64,000 nucleotides of DNA from an uncultured Lachnospiraceae bacterium (GCA_964530315.1 CAZGZZ010000003.1:6033-70032); one strand, 5' to 3'. Positions 46,787-57,594 are shown, numbered from the stretch's first letter. Notes: a model not told the origin generated them from the letters alone. Translations and numbers: made by a program.

Positions 46787-47755
46787 ATGAAAAAGACTTT
46801 TAAATTATTGGCGTCTGCTGTTCTTGCAGGTGCAATGTTTATGCAAAGTGTGTCATTTGCACAGGAGTTTTCGGATATGCCCGATAACTGGACAACAAAG
46901 GCTTTGGAAAATGCGGTTGAAAACGGACTATTGAACGGTTCGGACGGCAAGATTATGCCGGATGATAACATTAAGCGTTCCGAAATGGCGGCAATATTAG
47001 TAAGAGCTTTTGGTGCAAAGAAAGAAGCGGATATTTCGGCTTTTCCGGATGTATCAAAGGATAAATGGTATTATTCAGAATTTGCAAAAGCTGTTAAAAT
47101 GGGTGCATTCAGCGGAACGGATGACGGAAAATTAAATCCTGAAAGTCCTATTACATATGAGGAATGTTTCACCGTTATATCAAGACTTTTCTGTCTTGTT
47201 GAGGGAGATCCTTACGATTCAAAAAGCTATAATGGTATAGATAATTCTGTATTTGCGAAATATGATGATAAAGACAGCATAGCACAGTGGGCAACGGCAT
47301 ACACATCACTTGTTGTCGGCAACGGATATTGGAACGGATATGAGGGGAAATTAAAGCCTCACGACAAATATATAACTCGTTCGGAGTTCGCTGTTTTGAT
47401 GGATAATCTCATAAAAACATATATTAACGAACCCGGTGAATACACAACATTTACCGACGGAAATATTTTGATCAGAAGTGAGGGTGTCACATTGTCGGGA
47501 TATAAGGGTGATGATGTAATAGTTATCGGTGACGGAGTTTCGGGTGCAACATATTTGAAAAATCTCAATATGACAAACGAAATCATTTCGAGAGGCGGCA
47601 CAACATACGCATCCGGTATTGTCAATGATGTTTCTATCTTGAATGACGGTACGGTATTTAACCATGACGAAATTGAGAAGAGAAACGGACATCTTTACTG
47701 CGGTTTCGGTACGGCTATTGATTGGAAAAATATATCTGTAACGCCGGAATTTTAA
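46787..47755 (+). CDS. SLH domain-containing secreted protein
   Basis: Signal peptide MKKTFKLLASAVLAGAMFMQSVSFA, followed by SLH modules (FSDMPDNWTTKALENAVENGLLNG, FPDVSKDKWYYSEFAKAVKMGAFSG). Confidence 0.8.
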   Translation: MKKTFKLLASAVLAGAMFMQSVSFAQEFSDMPDNWTTKALENAVENGLLNGSDGKIMPDDNIKRSEMAAILVRAFGAKKEADISAFPDVSKDKWYYSEFAKAVKMGAFSGTDDGKLNPESPITYEECFTVISRLFCLVEGDPYDSKSYNGIDNSVFAKYDDKDSIAQWATAYTSLVVGNGYWNGYEGKLKPHDKYITRSEFAVLMDNLIKTYINEPGEYTTFTDGNILIRSEGVTLSGYKGDDVIVIGDGVSGATYLKNLNMTNEIISRGGTTYASGIVNDVSILNDGTVFNHDEIEKRNGHLYCGFGTAIDWKNISVTPEF

Positions 47756-47763
47756 GATTTGAG

Positions 47764-47806
47764 CAATCCTTTCGGAATTCTTCCGGAGGGATTGTTTGAT
47801 TTTTTA
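47764..47806 (+). terminator. rho-independent terminator
   Basis: About 14-bp stem CAATCCTTTCGGAA / TTCCGGAGGGATTG followed by TTTGATTTTTT. Confidence 0.75.
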
Positions 47807-47855
47807 ATAATTGGCAGTATTGTACGCATTTTTATAAGTGAAAGGAGCAGTATCT

Positions 47856-49178
47856 ATGTTAAAAACCTTTAGAGGCGGTTTACATATACAGGATTTTAAA
47901 GAATACACAAGCAAAGAACCGATAAAAGAAACAGAGGGAGGAAATATATATGTTTTTCCTCTTCAGCAGCACATAGGTGCACCGCTGACGGCGCTTGTTA
48001 AAAAGGGTGATTATGTTAGGGTCGGAGATGTTATTGCAGATAATGGAGAAGCGTTTATGAGCGTTCCTCTTCACAGCTCGGTTTCGGGAACGGTGGTTGC
48101 GGTTGAACCTCGTGTTCATACATCCGGCTTTAAAGTTACATCGGTTGTTATCGAAAATGATTTTAAATATGAACAATGCGATAATTTAACACGAAAAAAT
48201 CCGGATACAATGACCGCTGACGAAATAATAAAGGAAATAAGAAATGCCGGTATTGTCGGAATGGGCGGTGCGGGATTTCCGACTCATGTCAAGCTTTCGG
48301 CTCCCAAGGATAAAAAAATCGATATGTTGGTTATAAACGGTGCGGAGTGTGAACCGTATATCACGGCAGACCATCGCAGAATGATTGAGTCACCCGAAAC
48401 GGTTATTGACGGAATAAAGATTGTAAAAAAAGCTTTGGGAGTCGATAATGTCTGTATCGGAATTGAAAATAATAAAAAGGATGCAATAAAAATTCTTGAA
48501 GATACTGTCGGCGATGATGACGAAATAAAGATTATTCCGCTGAAAACAAAATATCCGCAGGGCGGCGAAAAACAGCTTATTTATGCATTGACAAAAAGAA
48601 AAGTTCCGACGGGCGGATTGCCTGCCGATGTCGGCATTGTTGTGACAAATATAGATACGGTGTCACAGATATCGATAGCATTTGAAACAGGTATGCCTTT
48701 GATTAAGCGTGTGGTTACCTTGTCGGGTGATTGTGTAAAAAATCCCGGAAATTTTCTTGTGAGATGCGGAATGTCCTTTGAGGACCTTATAAATCAAGCC
48801 GGCGGCTTTTCAAAACAGCCGAAAAAACTTATAATGGGCGGTCCTATGATGGGAATTGCACAATATTCAACACAAGTTCCGGTAGTAAAAACAACATCGG
48901 CGATTTTGGCACTTTCCGATTCGGGTGAAAATTATAATGATGAAACGCAATGCCTGCGTTGCGGAAAGTGTGTTGAGAGTTGCCCGATGCACTTGATGCC
49001 GCTTTATTTGAATAAGTTTGCAAGAAACAATGATTTGGAATCGGCTGAAAAGTATCATATTCTCGACTGTATGGAATGTGGTCTTTGTTCGTATTTGTGT
49101 CCGGGATATGAAGGACCGATTCACAACATAAGAATTGCAAAGCAAAAGATTATAGAAAACAAACGAAAAAATAAATAA
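47856..49178 (+). CDS. rnfC: Rnf electron transport complex subunit C
   Basis: GMGGAGFPTHVK and two 4Fe-4S motifs (CLRCGKCVESCP, CMECGLCSYLCP). The ATG at 47856 follows AAAGGAG. Confidence 0.92.
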   Translation: MLKTFRGGLHIQDFKEYTSKEPIKETEGGNIYVFPLQQHIGAPLTALVKKGDYVRVGDVIADNGEAFMSVPLHSSVSGTVVAVEPRVHTSGFKVTSVVIENDFKYEQCDNLTRKNPDTMTADEIIKEIRNAGIVGMGGAGFPTHVKLSAPKDKKIDMLVINGAECEPYITADHRRMIESPETVIDGIKIVKKALGVDNVCIGIENNKKDAIKILEDTVGDDDEIKIIPLKTKYPQGGEKQLIYALTKRKVPTGGLPADVGIVVTNIDTVSQISIAFETGMPLIKRVVTLSGDCVKNPGNFLVRCGMSFEDLINQAGGFSKQPKKLIMGGPMMGIAQYSTQVPVVKTTSAILALSDSGENYNDETQCLRCGKCVESCPMHLMPLYLNKFARNNDLESAEKYHILDCMECGLCSYLCPGYEGPIHNIRIAKQKIIENKRKNK

Positions 49179-49194
49179 TGAGAGGATAATTGCA

Positions 49195-50169
49195 ATGGAG
49201 CAAAAATTTATAGTTTCATCATCACCGCACATTCATCAGAAAAAGACGGTATCCGATATAATGCTTGATGTTATAATTGCATTGCTTCCGGCTACGGCGG
49301 CAGGAATATACTTTTTCGGTATGAGAGCGGCATTTGTTATTTTAACATCGATAAGTGCTTGTGTTTTATCGGAATACATTTATCAAAAAGCAATGAAAAA
49401 GAATGTTACAACCGGGGATTTGTCGGCAGTTGTAACAGGTTTGCTTTTGGGTCTTAATCTTCCTCCGACAATTCCTTTATGGATGGTTGTGATAGGAAGT
49501 GTATTTGCTATTGTTCTTGTAAAACAGCTTTACGGCGGAATCGGTAAAAACTTTTTAAATCCGGCATTGGCGGCAAGATGCTTTATGCTTGCGGCTTGGG
49601 CAGGAGCAATGACTGTTTTCACAGAACCGCTTATGGGAATGGATGCGATTTCCGGTGCAACACCGCTTGCAATTTTAAAGGGAACATCAACTGGTGAAGT
49701 GCCGAGTGTTATGGCGGCATTCTTGGGAAAAATTCCGGGTTCAATCGGTGAAACATCAGCTTTGATGTTGTTACTCGGCGGAGCATATTTGTTGATTAGA
49801 AAAGTTATTAATTGGAAAATACCTGTATTCTATCTCGGTACGGTTGTTGTTATGACTGCATTGTTTGGAAACAATACTCTCGGATTGGATGTTGTTTCAT
49901 ATACAGCACTCGAACTTTTCAGCGGCGGTGTTATTTTGGCGGCATTATTTATGGCTACCGATTACACAACAACACCTACAACAAAACCGGGACAGATTAT
50001 ATTCGGAATAGGATGCGGTCTTTTGACATTTATTATAAGAAAATTCGGAGGCTATCCGGAAGGATCATCCTTTGCGGTTCTTCTTATGAATTTATTGACT
50101 CCGTTGATTGATAAATTCACAGTTCCTAAAAGCTTTGGGGAGGTAAGAAAAAATGTTAAAAAAAAGTGA
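49195..50169 (+). CDS. rnfD: Rnf complex subunit D
   Basis: SSPHI N-terminus, flavinylation motif SGATPL, polytopic. Confidence 0.92.
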   Translation: MEQKFIVSSSPHIHQKKTVSDIMLDVIIALLPATAAGIYFFGMRAAFVILTSISACVLSEYIYQKAMKKNVTTGDLSAVVTGLLLGLNLPPTIPLWMVVIGSVFAIVLVKQLYGGIGKNFLNPALAARCFMLAAWAGAMTVFTEPLMGMDAISGATPLAILKGTSTGEVPSVMAAFLGKIPGSIGETSALMLLLGGAYLLIRKVINWKIPVFYLGTVVVMTALFGNNTLGLDVVSYTALELFSGGVILAALFMATDYTTTPTTKPGQIIFGIGCGLLTFIIRKFGGYPEGSSFAVLLMNLLTPLIDKFTVPKSFGEVRKNVKKK

Positions 50170-50743
50170 TATATTAAACATTTTTGCGGTCGGCTTGAAG
50201 CTTTTTTTGATAACGGCTGTTTCCGCCGCAATTCTTGCTGTGGTAAATTATATAACAGAGCCTATTATAGCAAAGAACAACTTAAAAAAGCAAAACGATT
50301 CAATGCAAATGGTATTGTCTGATGCCGTAAGCTTTGAAAAAGCTGATATGTCACCGTTGGCAACGGTTGAATTGGCATGTTGTGTAACAGATGTTTATGA
50401 GGGCATTGACGCAAACGGCGAAAATATCGGCTATGCTGTTATGGTTTTGTCGGGAGGATATGGCGGAGATGTTTCTCTTTCGGTTGGAGTTGACAATGAG
50501 CTTAATATAACCGGAGTTGATGTTGTATCTCATTCCGAAACACCGGGTCTCGGAGCGAAATGCACGACCGATTCGTTCAAAAATCAGTTTATTGGCAAAA
50601 CTCTAGGCGTAGAAGCTGTAAAAAACGGTGCGGTTGATAATGAAATAGATGCTATAACAAGTGCAACAATAACATCAAAGGCTGTAACAAAAGGCGTAAA
50701 TTCGGCATTAACAGCCGTAAAGATTATAAAGGAGGCTGAATAA
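50153..50743 (+). CDS. rnfG: Rnf complex subunit G
   Basis: N-terminal anchor, FMN-binding motif ITSATITSKAV, GGGGAGG RBS. Confidence 0.9.
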   Translation: MLKKSDILNIFAVGLKLFLITAVSAAILAVVNYITEPIIAKNNLKKQNDSMQMVLSDAVSFEKADMSPLATVELACCVTDVYEGIDANGENIGYAVMVLSGGYGGDVSLSVGVDNELNITGVDVVSHSETPGLGAKCTTDSFKNQFIGKTLGVEAVKNGAVDNEIDAITSATITSKAVTKGVNSALTAVKIIKEAE

Positions 50744-50744
50744 G

Positions 50745-51362
50745 ATGAAAGAAAAAAATCAAAATCTTAAAATTTTTCTTAACGGTTTGATAAATGAAAA
50801 TCCTACATTTGTTCAGCTTTTGGGAATGTGTCCGACACTTGCTGTTACGACAAGCTTGAAAAACGGAATAGGTATGGGATTATCCGCAACAGCCGTTTTG
50901 ATAGCGTCTAATGCTTTGATTTCTCTTTTGAGAAAAATCATACCAGAGAAGGTCAGAATTGCGGCGTATATTGTTATAATTGCGGCGTTTGTAACAATTA
51001 TAGAAATGCTTTTAAATGCTTATCTTCCGTCACTTGCGTCGGAGCTTGGAATTTTTATTCCGCTTATAGTGGTAAACTGTATAATTCTTGCAAGAGCGGA
51101 ATCTTTCGCTTCAAAAAATCCGGTTGGAAAATCAATACTTGATGGACTCGGTATGGGATTGGGCTTTACCATGGCACTTGCGATAATTTCGGGAATCAGA
51201 GAATTTTTCGGTGCAGGAACCTTGTTTGATATCAAAATTTATGCCGATATCATAACGCCTCCTTCGATTGTTATTATGGCACCGGGCGGATTTATTGTTT
51301 TGGGACTTATTGTTGCCGCAATAAATCGCATATGTTCCGGAAGAAAGGTCGGTGATGAGTAA
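50745..51362 (+). CDS. rnfE: Rnf complex subunit E
   Basis: [19 protein letters not shown]. Confidence 0.92.
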   Translation: MKEKNQNLKIFLNGLINENPTFVQLLGMCPTLAVTTSLKNGIGMGLSATAVLIASNALISLLRKIIPEKVRIAAYIVIIAAFVTIIEMLLNAYLPSLASELGIFIPLIVVNCIILARAESFASKNPVGKSILDGLGMGLGFTMALAIISGIREFFGAGTLFDIKIYADIITPPSIVIMAPGGFIVLGLIVAAINRICSGRKVGDE

Positions 51363-51931
51363 TGAGTATGGTGTCAATTATTATAACAGCACTCTTCACA
51401 CAGAATTTTCTGATGGTTAAATTTATGGGAATTTGTCCTTTCCTCGGGGTATCGAAAAAGCTCGATACAGCCGCAGGAATGGGTATGGCGGTTACATTTG
51501 TAATGGCAGTTGCATCGGCAATAACATATTATGCAAATCTATTGCTCGGAGAGTCTATGCAATATCTTCAAACAATAGTTTTTATACTGATAATTGCAGG
51601 ACTTGTTCAGTTTGTTGAAATGTTTGTCAAAAAGAGTTTGCCGTCGCTTTACAGTGCACTGGGAATATATCTTCCTCTTATAACGACAAACTGTGCTGTT
51701 TTGGGAGTGGCACTTTTGAATGTACAGAACGGATTTAACTTCATTCAGTCGGTTATGTACGGAACTTTTGCGGCACTCGGATTTACAATGGCAATTGTAA
51801 TTTTTGCCGGTATTCGTGAAAATATCGATGAAGAATCGATTCCCAAAAACTTCAGAGGAATGCCGATAGCCTTGATAACGGCAGGACTTATGTCGATTGC
51901 GTTTATGGGATTTTCCGGATTTTCAATATAG
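51362..51931 (+). CDS. rnfA: Rnf complex subunit A
   Basis: [19 protein letters not shown]. Confidence 0.92.
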   Translation: MSMVSIIITALFTQNFLMVKFMGICPFLGVSKKLDTAAGMGMAVTFVMAVASAITYYANLLLGESMQYLQTIVFILIIAGLVQFVEMFVKKSLPSLYSALGIYLPLITTNCAVLGVALLNVQNGFNFIQSVMYGTFAALGFTMAIVIFAGIRENIDEESIPKNFRGMPIALITAGLMSIAFMGFSGFSI

Positions 51932-51943
51932 GAGGGATCAGCG

Positions 51944-52744
51944 ATGAATTTTAGTGTTATACTTTATCCTGTTTTGACAGTCGGTGCAATAGGTTTGATA
52001 TTCGGATGTTTGCTTGCGTTTGCCGCTATAGTGTTTGAGGTTAAAAAGGACGAAAGGGAAGAAAAAATCTTGTCGGAGCTGCCGGGTGCAAACTGTGGTG
52101 CTTGCGGATTTGCCGGGTGCAGTGCATATGCCACAGCTGTTGTAAATGACGGTGCACCTGTTAATTCATGTTCTGTCGGAAAGGATGCGGTTGCAAAGAA
52201 AATTGCAGATATAATGGGGGTTACTGCCGAGAAAACCGAACCGAGAGTTGCTAAAGTTATGTGTGCCGGAAATTGTGATGTTGCACAAGAAAAGTATGAA
52301 TATCACGGAATTTCCGATTGTGCCGCAGCGGCAAAGCTCGGAGACGGAGCAAAAAGCTGTCCTGACGGATGTCTCGGTTTGGGAAGCTGTGTGTCTGTTT
52401 GTGCGTTTGGTGCAATAACAATTGAAAACGGTGTTGCCGTTATCGATGAAAAGAAGTGTACTTCCTGCGGAATGTGCATAAATAAATGCCCGAAGCATAT
52501 AATTAAATTTGTACCGAAAAACAGCAGTGTGTGGGCACTTTGTTCAAATAAGGAAAAAGGTGTTTTGACAAAGGAATACTGTTCGGTCGGCTGTATAGGA
52601 TGTAAGATTTGTGAAAAATCATGTCCGAATGAGGCAATAAAGGTAACGGACTATGTTGCCGCAATTGATTATTCTTTGTGTGAAAATTGCGGAATATGTG
52701 CCGAAAAGTGTCCTAAAAAGGTAATATTAAAAAAGGAGCTTTAA
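51944..52744 (+). CDS. rnfB: Rnf complex subunit B
   Basis: N-terminal anchor, CGACGFAGC motif and several CxxCxxCxxxCP ferredoxin motifs. Confidence 0.92.
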   Translation: MNFSVILYPVLTVGAIGLIFGCLLAFAAIVFEVKKDEREEKILSELPGANCGACGFAGCSAYATAVVNDGAPVNSCSVGKDAVAKKIADIMGVTAEKTEPRVAKVMCAGNCDVAQEKYEYHGISDCAAAAKLGDGAKSCPDGCLGLGSCVSVCAFGAITIENGVAVIDEKKCTSCGMCINKCPKHIIKFVPKNSSVWALCSNKEKGVLTKEYCSVGCIGCKICEKSCPNEAIKVTDYVAAIDYSLCENCGICAEKCPKKVILKKEL

Positions 52745-52769
52745 GCATATTGACAGGAGTAGATGATAT

Positions 52770-54731
52770 ATGAGTAATAACAATAAAAAACCAAACAGAA
52801 ATTTTTTCAAATCGCCTTTTTTTATTTGTATAATAATTTCGGTTGTTGCAACATTTTTTCTCAATTCTTTGATGTCTTTTGCAACAGCTCCTCTTGAAAA
52901 GGAAATATATTACAGCGATTTTTTGAAAATGATTGAAAACGATGAAATTGACTCTGTTAAGCTTTCATCGGAAAAGATTATTATAAAGACAAAAGAAAGT
53001 GTTAAGGCAAGTGAAAGCTTTGATGACGCAATCAAAAATGTGACCGGATTGAAAGATTTAAACAATATCAACACTATATTTGATTCGGCACAGAAAAAGG
53101 ATATTGTTTTATATACGGGATATATAAATGATGATCATTTGATAGAAATTTTAACAGAGCATAATGTTAAATTTTCAAGACCTATAGTCGAAAGCAATAT
53201 TTTTGCGGATATACTAATGACAATTTTGCCGTTTATTATTATGTATGCCGTTTTGGCACTTATTATGCGAAAGATGACAAAGCGTATGGGCGGCGGAGGC
53301 TTTATGTCTGTAGGACAGAGTAACGCAAAGGTTTATATCGAAAAGAAAACCGGAGTGACATTTTCGGATGTTGCAGGACAGGAGGAAGCAAAGGAATCAC
53401 TTGATGAAATTGTAGATTTTTTGCACAATCCCGCAAAATATACGGCAATCGGAGCAAGACAGCCAAAGGGAGCGTTATTGGTAGGACCTCCAGGAACGGG
53501 TAAAACACTTCTTGCAAAGGCTGTTGCAGGGGAAGCGAATGTTCCGTTTTTCTCACTTTCCGGTTCTGATTTTGTTGAAATGTTTGTCGGTGTCGGTGCA
53601 TCAAGAGTTAGGGATTTGTTTAAACAAGCATCAGCAAAAGCACCTTGTATAATTTTTATCGATGAGATCGATGCAATAGGTAAAAGCAGAGATAATCAGC
53701 TTGGCGGTGGAAATGATGAAAGAGAACAAACTCTAAATCAGCTTCTTGCCGAAATGGATGGATTTGATTCATCAAAGGGGGTTGTTATTTTAGCGGCGAC
53801 AAACAGACCGGAAATACTTGATAAGGCACTTTTGCGTCCGGGTCGTTTTGACAGAAGAATTATTGTTGAAAAACCCGACTTAAAGGGAAGAGAAGAAATA
53901 TTGAAGGTTCATTCAAAAAATGTCAAGATGTCACCGTCAGTTGATTTGCACGAAATTGCTCTTGCAACAAGCGGTGCGGTCGGAGCGGATCTTGCCAATA
54001 TGGTAAATGAAGCGGCATTGAGAGCGGTAAGACTAAAACGCTCCGAGGTTCTTCAGGAGGACTTGATGGAGGCGGTTGAAGTTATCATCGCAGGTAAGGA
54101 AAAGAAAGACAGAATTTTGTCCGAAAAGGAAAAGAAGCTCGTTGCCTATCACGAAGTCGGTCACGCTTTGGCAGCGGCAAAACAAAAAAATACAGATCCT
54201 GTTCAGAAGATTACAATTGTTCCGAGAACTATGGGTGCGTTGGGATATACAATGCAAATGCCTGAAGAGGAAAAGTATTTGATGTCCAAGGATGAAATAA
54301 TGAATGAGCTTACTGTTCTGCTGGCAGGTCGTGCGGCGGAGGAAGTTGTGTTTAGCACAAAGACAACTGGTGCATCAAACGATATTGAAAGAGCGACAAA
54401 TCTTGCCCGTGCTATGGTTGCACAATACGGTATGTCGGATGAGTTTGGTATGACATCGCTGGAAAGCATAGAGAACAAATATCTGGATGGAAGAAGTGTT
54501 TCAAATTGTTCTGATGAAACAAAGACAAAACTTGACAATGTTATTGTGGGAATTATTAAAGATTCCTACGAAAACGCAAAAAATATTCTTTCGGAGAATA
54601 TCGAAGCACTCCATAAAATTTCCGAATATCTTCTTGAAAAGGAAACGATTACGGGAAAAGAATTTATGTCAAAATTAAATGATACTTCTTCGGCAAAGGA
54701 AGTCGAAGACGAGGGGGAAAATGAAATATGA
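52770..54731 (+). CDS. ftsH: ATP-dependent zinc metalloprotease FtsH
   Basis: Walker A GPPGTGKT, Walker [12 protein letters not shown] region and zinc motif HEVGHA. Confidence 0.94.
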   Translation: MSNNNKKPNRNFFKSPFFICIIISVVATFFLNSLMSFATAPLEKEIYYSDFLKMIENDEIDSVKLSSEKIIIKTKESVKASESFDDAIKNVTGLKDLNNINTIFDSAQKKDIVLYTGYINDDHLIEILTEHNVKFSRPIVESNIFADILMTILPFIIMYAVLALIMRKMTKRMGGGGFMSVGQSNAKVYIEKKTGVTFSDVAGQEEAKESLDEIVDFLHNPAKYTAIGARQPKGALLVGPPGTGKTLLAKAVAGEANVPFFSLSGSDFVEMFVGVGASRVRDLFKQASAKAPCIIFIDEIDAIGKSRDNQLGGGNDEREQTLNQLLAEMDGFDSSKGVVILAATNRPEILDKALLRPGRFDRRIIVEKPDLKGREEILKVHSKNVKMSPSVDLHEIALATSGAVGADLANMVNEAALRAVRLKRSEVLQEDLMEAVEVIIAGKEKKDRILSEKEKKLVAYHEVGHALAAAKQKNTDPVQKITIVPRTMGALGYTMQMPEEEKYLMSKDEIMNELTVLLAGRAAEEVVFSTKTTGASNDIERATNLARAMVAQYGMSDEFGMTSLESIENKYLDGRSVSNCSDETKTKLDNVIVGIIKDSYENAKNILSENIEALHKISEYLLEKETITGKEFMSKLNDTSSAKEVEDEGENEI

Positions 54732-55288
54732 AGGACACTTATCGTATAAAAATTGCAGGTCTTGAAAGAGATTTGAGATTGTTTAGTGTAAATGATAATT
54801 TAAAAATTGCTGCTTTCATTCTTTTTGGCGATGTTGAAATTGCGGTTGAAAGTGCAAAGGCGTTGCTTGAAAAAGCACCTGATTACGATATTTTGGTGAC
54901 AGCGGAAGCAAAGAGTATTCCGCTCATCTGCGAAATGGCAAGACAGGCGGGCGATAATGATTATGTTATTGCACGAAAAGCGCCGAAGGTGTATATGGAA
55001 AATATTTTGAAGGTCAGCGTTAATTCCATAACAACTCAAAAAGAACAGGTACTCTGTATCGGTGATAGCGAAACGGAGAAAATGAGAGGTAAAAGATGTT
55101 TGATTGTTGATGATGTCATCAGTACAGGTGAATCGCTTGAAGCACTTGAAAAGCTTGTTACAGAGGCAGGAGGAACAATTGTCGGAAAAATGGCAGTTCT
55201 TGCCGAGGGCGATGCGGCAAAAAGAGATGATATTATTTTCTTGAATCGTTTGCCGCTTTTTGATGCCGACGGCAATGAGATTGAATAA
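54728..55288 (+). CDS. phosphoribosyltransferase family protein (adenine PRT-like)
   Basis: PRPP-binding loop CLIVDDVISTGESL. A 4-nt overlap with the ftsH stop. Confidence 0.7.
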   Translation: MKDTYRIKIAGLERDLRLFSVNDNLKIAAFILFGDVEIAVESAKALLEKAPDYDILVTAEAKSIPLICEMARQAGDNDYVIARKAPKVYMENILKVSVNSITTQKEQVLCIGDSETEKMRGKRCLIVDDVISTGESLEALEKLVTEAGGTIVGKMAVLAEGDAAKRDDIIFLNRLPLFDADGNEIE

Positions 55289-55356
55289 ACGATACATATA
55301 AAAATTTGAGCTGTTTGACATAAAATGTTGCGGCTCAAATTTTTTTGTTAAAAAAG

Positions 55357-55370
55357 CAAACATTTGTTTG
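55357..55370. promoter_or_regulatory. CAAAC-N4-GTTTG palindrome overlapping the -35 box; candidate divergent SOS (LexA) box
   Basis: CAAACATTTGTTTG has the geometry of the Firmicute Cheo box CGAAC-N4-GTTCG, with a symmetric G-to-A / C-to-T change. Confidence 0.4.
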
Positions 55371-55396
55371 ATTTTTATGAAATTTTGTGTTACAAT
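55368..55396 (+). promoter_or_regulatory. sigma-A-type promoter about 270 nt upstream of lexA
   Basis: TTGATT, 17-nt spacer, TACAAT with a TGT extended -10. Confidence 0.65.
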
Positions 55397-55429
55397 AATT
55401 TCAAGCAAAGCTTGAAATTAGCTAAATTC
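55397..55429. promoter_or_regulatory. second copy of the 33-nt dyad element abutting a -10 box
   Basis: AATTTCAAGCAAAGCTTGAAATTAGCTAAATTC is 31/33 identical to 19096-19128. The two differences (A..T versus G..C) are the outermost pair of the dyad. Confidence 0.5.
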
Positions 55430-55570
55430 GTCTGACAGCGAGAAAAATGTGTTTACACACGATAGATTACTGCGTAGTAAAATTAACCATGCGGTCAGCT
55501 AAAAGACGAATTTAATTTAGCTGTTTTGAAAGAATAATTTAGCTTTGCACTTAAGATGCGAAATTTAGCT
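55420..55570. repeat. cluster of AGCTAAATT 9-mers in the lexA leader
   Basis: One copy reads on the + strand at 55420-55428. Three copies read on the - strand at 55514-55522, 55536-55544 and 55562-55570, spaced 22 and 26 nt apart. A near copy AGCTAAAAG lies at 55498-55506. Confidence 0.55.
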
Positions 55571-55665
55571 AAAAGTATGGCATCTAAATCGTTCGCTGAT
55601 TTAATGGACGACCACACGGGGTAAGGGTATTGAAGATACAGAAACAACAAAAAGGACTGATAAAA

Positions 55666-56304
55666 ATGTCAAAATTAACCGAAAAGGATTTTCAAATATT
55701 GGATTTTATAAAACAAGAGCTCTCGCAAAAGGGATTTCCGCCAACTGTGAGGGAAATTTGTGAAATGATGGGGGTGAACTCAACGGCTACCGTTCATTCA
55801 AGGCTAAAAAAGCTTGAAGAACACGGGAAAATTGTGCGTGACGCTTCAAAAAACAGGTCAATCAGAGTGGTTGAAGCGGAGAAAAGCAAAAAAACGGCAA
55901 TCGGTGATGTAAATTATGTGTCAGATAAGTATATAGATATTCCGGTTTACGGAAATGTTGCCGCAGGTCAGCCGATAACCGCCGTTGATGAGGTGACGGA
56001 TACATTTCCGATGCCTGTGGGATTTGCAAAAAACAAGGATATGTTTATGCTGAAGGTTTCGGGGGAATCTATGATTAACGCCGCAATATTGGACGGAGAT
56101 TTTATTATAGTGGAAAAACAGCCGACAGCAAATAACGGTGATATCGTTGTTGCTTTGATAGACAACGAAAATGCAACGGTTAAAACCTTTTTTAAGGAAA
56201 AAGGGCATATAAGACTTCAGCCCGAAAACGACACAATGGAGCCGATAATTGTAAAAGATGCAAAAATATTGGGAAAAATCGTAGGTATTTTCCGCAAACT
56301 ATAG
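55666..56304 (+). CDS. lexA: SOS repressor LexA
   Basis: N-terminal wHTH (LTEKDFQILDFIKQELSQKGFPPTVREICEMMGVNSTATVHSRLKKLEE), cleavage site VAAGQP, and catalytic GESM and VK motifs. I preferred the ATG at 55666. Confidence 0.92.
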   Translation: MSKLTEKDFQILDFIKQELSQKGFPPTVREICEMMGVNSTATVHSRLKKLEEHGKIVRDASKNRSIRVVEAEKSKKTAIGDVNYVSDKYIDIPVYGNVAAGQPITAVDEVTDTFPMPVGFAKNKDMFMLKVSGESMINAAILDGDFIIVEKQPTANNGDIVVALIDNENATVKTFFKEKGHIRLQPENDTMEPIIVKDAKILGKIVGIFRKL

Positions 56305-56401
56305 ACATTTCGGCAGAATTATGATACAATATAAAAGTTGTTGCGATTTTTATGAAAAAATACGCATTTACAAAATGTTATAAATAATTGGAGTGATATA
56401 T

Positions 56402-57586
56402 ATGAAAAAAATGCTTTTTACTTCGGAATCGGTAACAGAGGGACATCCTGACAAAATCTGTGACAGAATTTCCGACGCAATACTTGATGAAATCTTAAAA
56501 AACGACCCCAATGCGAGAGTTGCATGTGAAACAACCTGTACAACGGGCATAGTTTCAATTATGGGAGAAATAACAACAAATTGCTATGTTGATTTCCCAA
56601 AGGTCGCAAGAAATGTTGTTCTTGAAATCGGTTACGACAGAGCAAAATACGGCTTTGACGGTCATACCTGTGCTGTTGTGACATCTATAGATGAACAATC
56701 TCCCGATATTGCAATGGGCGTAAATGAAGGACTTGAAAATAAAAACGGTGAAAATGATGAGGGTAACTCAACAGGTGCCGGAGACCAGGGAATGATGTTC
56801 GGATATGCTTGCGATGATACACCGGAGCTTATGCCGCTTCCGATTTCTCTTGCTCACAAGCTTGCAAAGAAGCTTACCGATGTAAGAAAGAACGGAACAC
56901 TTACTTACCTTCGTCCCGACGGAAAAACACAGGTTACCGTGATGTATGAAGATGATAAGCCTGCATATGTTGATACTGTTGTTGTTTCAACGCAGCATTC
57001 TCCAGATGTTTCAATGGAACAGATAAGAGAAGATTTAATTCGTGAAGTTGTTAAAACAACAATTCCCGAAAAATATTTGACAGAGAATACAAAATATTTT
57101 GTAAACCCGACAGGAAGATTTGTTGTCGGCGGTCCGCAGGGGGATAGCGGCTTGACGGGAAGAAAAATTATTGTTGATACCTACGGTGGTATGGCACGCC
57201 ACGGCGGCGGTGCATTTTCCGGAAAAGACCCGACGAAGGTTGACCGTTCGGCGGCTTATGCGGCAAGATGGGTTTCAAAAAATATAGTTGCGGCAGGACT
57301 TGCAAGAAAATGCGAGGTTCAGCTTGCATACGCAATCGGTGTAGCAAAACCTGTTTCTGTTATGATTGATACTTTCGGAACAGAAACAGTAGATGTTGAA
57401 AAAATTCAAAATGCCGTTGATAAAGTGTTTGATTTGAGACCGAATGCAATTATTTCGTCGCTTGATTTGAGAAAACCGATATATAAACAGCTTTCGGCTT
57501 ACGGACATATGGGAAGAGAAGATTTGAATGTTCGCTGGGAACAAACAGATATGGCGGACAAGCTCAAAGAAGCTGTTAATGCTTAA
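56402..57586 (+). CDS. metK: S-adenosylmethionine synthase
   Basis: [28 protein letters not shown] and [16 protein letters not shown]. The ATG at 56402 follows GGAG. Confidence 0.94.
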   Translation: MKKMLFTSESVTEGHPDKICDRISDAILDEILKNDPNARVACETTCTTGIVSIMGEITTNCYVDFPKVARNVVLEIGYDRAKYGFDGHTCAVVTSIDEQSPDIAMGVNEGLENKNGENDEGNSTGAGDQGMMFGYACDDTPELMPLPISLAHKLAKKLTDVRKNGTLTYLRPDGKTQVTVMYEDDKPAYVDTVVVSTQHSPDVSMEQIREDLIREVVKTTIPEKYLTENTKYFVNPTGRFVVGGPQGDSGLTGRKIIVDTYGGMARHGGGAFSGKDPTKVDRSAAYAARWVSKNIVAAGLARKCEVQLAYAIGVAKPVSVMIDTFGTETVDVEKIQNAVDKVFDLRPNAIISSLDLRKPIYKQLSAYGHMGREDLNVRWEQTDMADKLKEAVNA

Positions 57587-57594
57587 ATTTAATA

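Noticed and set aside
55397-55630. Known housekeeping ncRNA (6S RNA, SRP RNA, tmRNA, RNase P RNA) in the lexA upstream region
   Set aside because: There is no long 5'-3' closing helix with a central bubble (6S) and no SRP domain IV motif. There is also no tRNA-like end with a tag ORF (tmRNA) and no GAGGAAAGTCC-type RNase P core. It remains an unclassified element; see findings.
56305-56401. SAM-I (S-box) riboswitch upstream of metK
   Set aside because: The intergenic region is only about 95 nt of AT-rich sequence containing a promoter-like TGATACAAT. There is no four-way junction, no conserved S-box core and no terminator/antiterminator pair.
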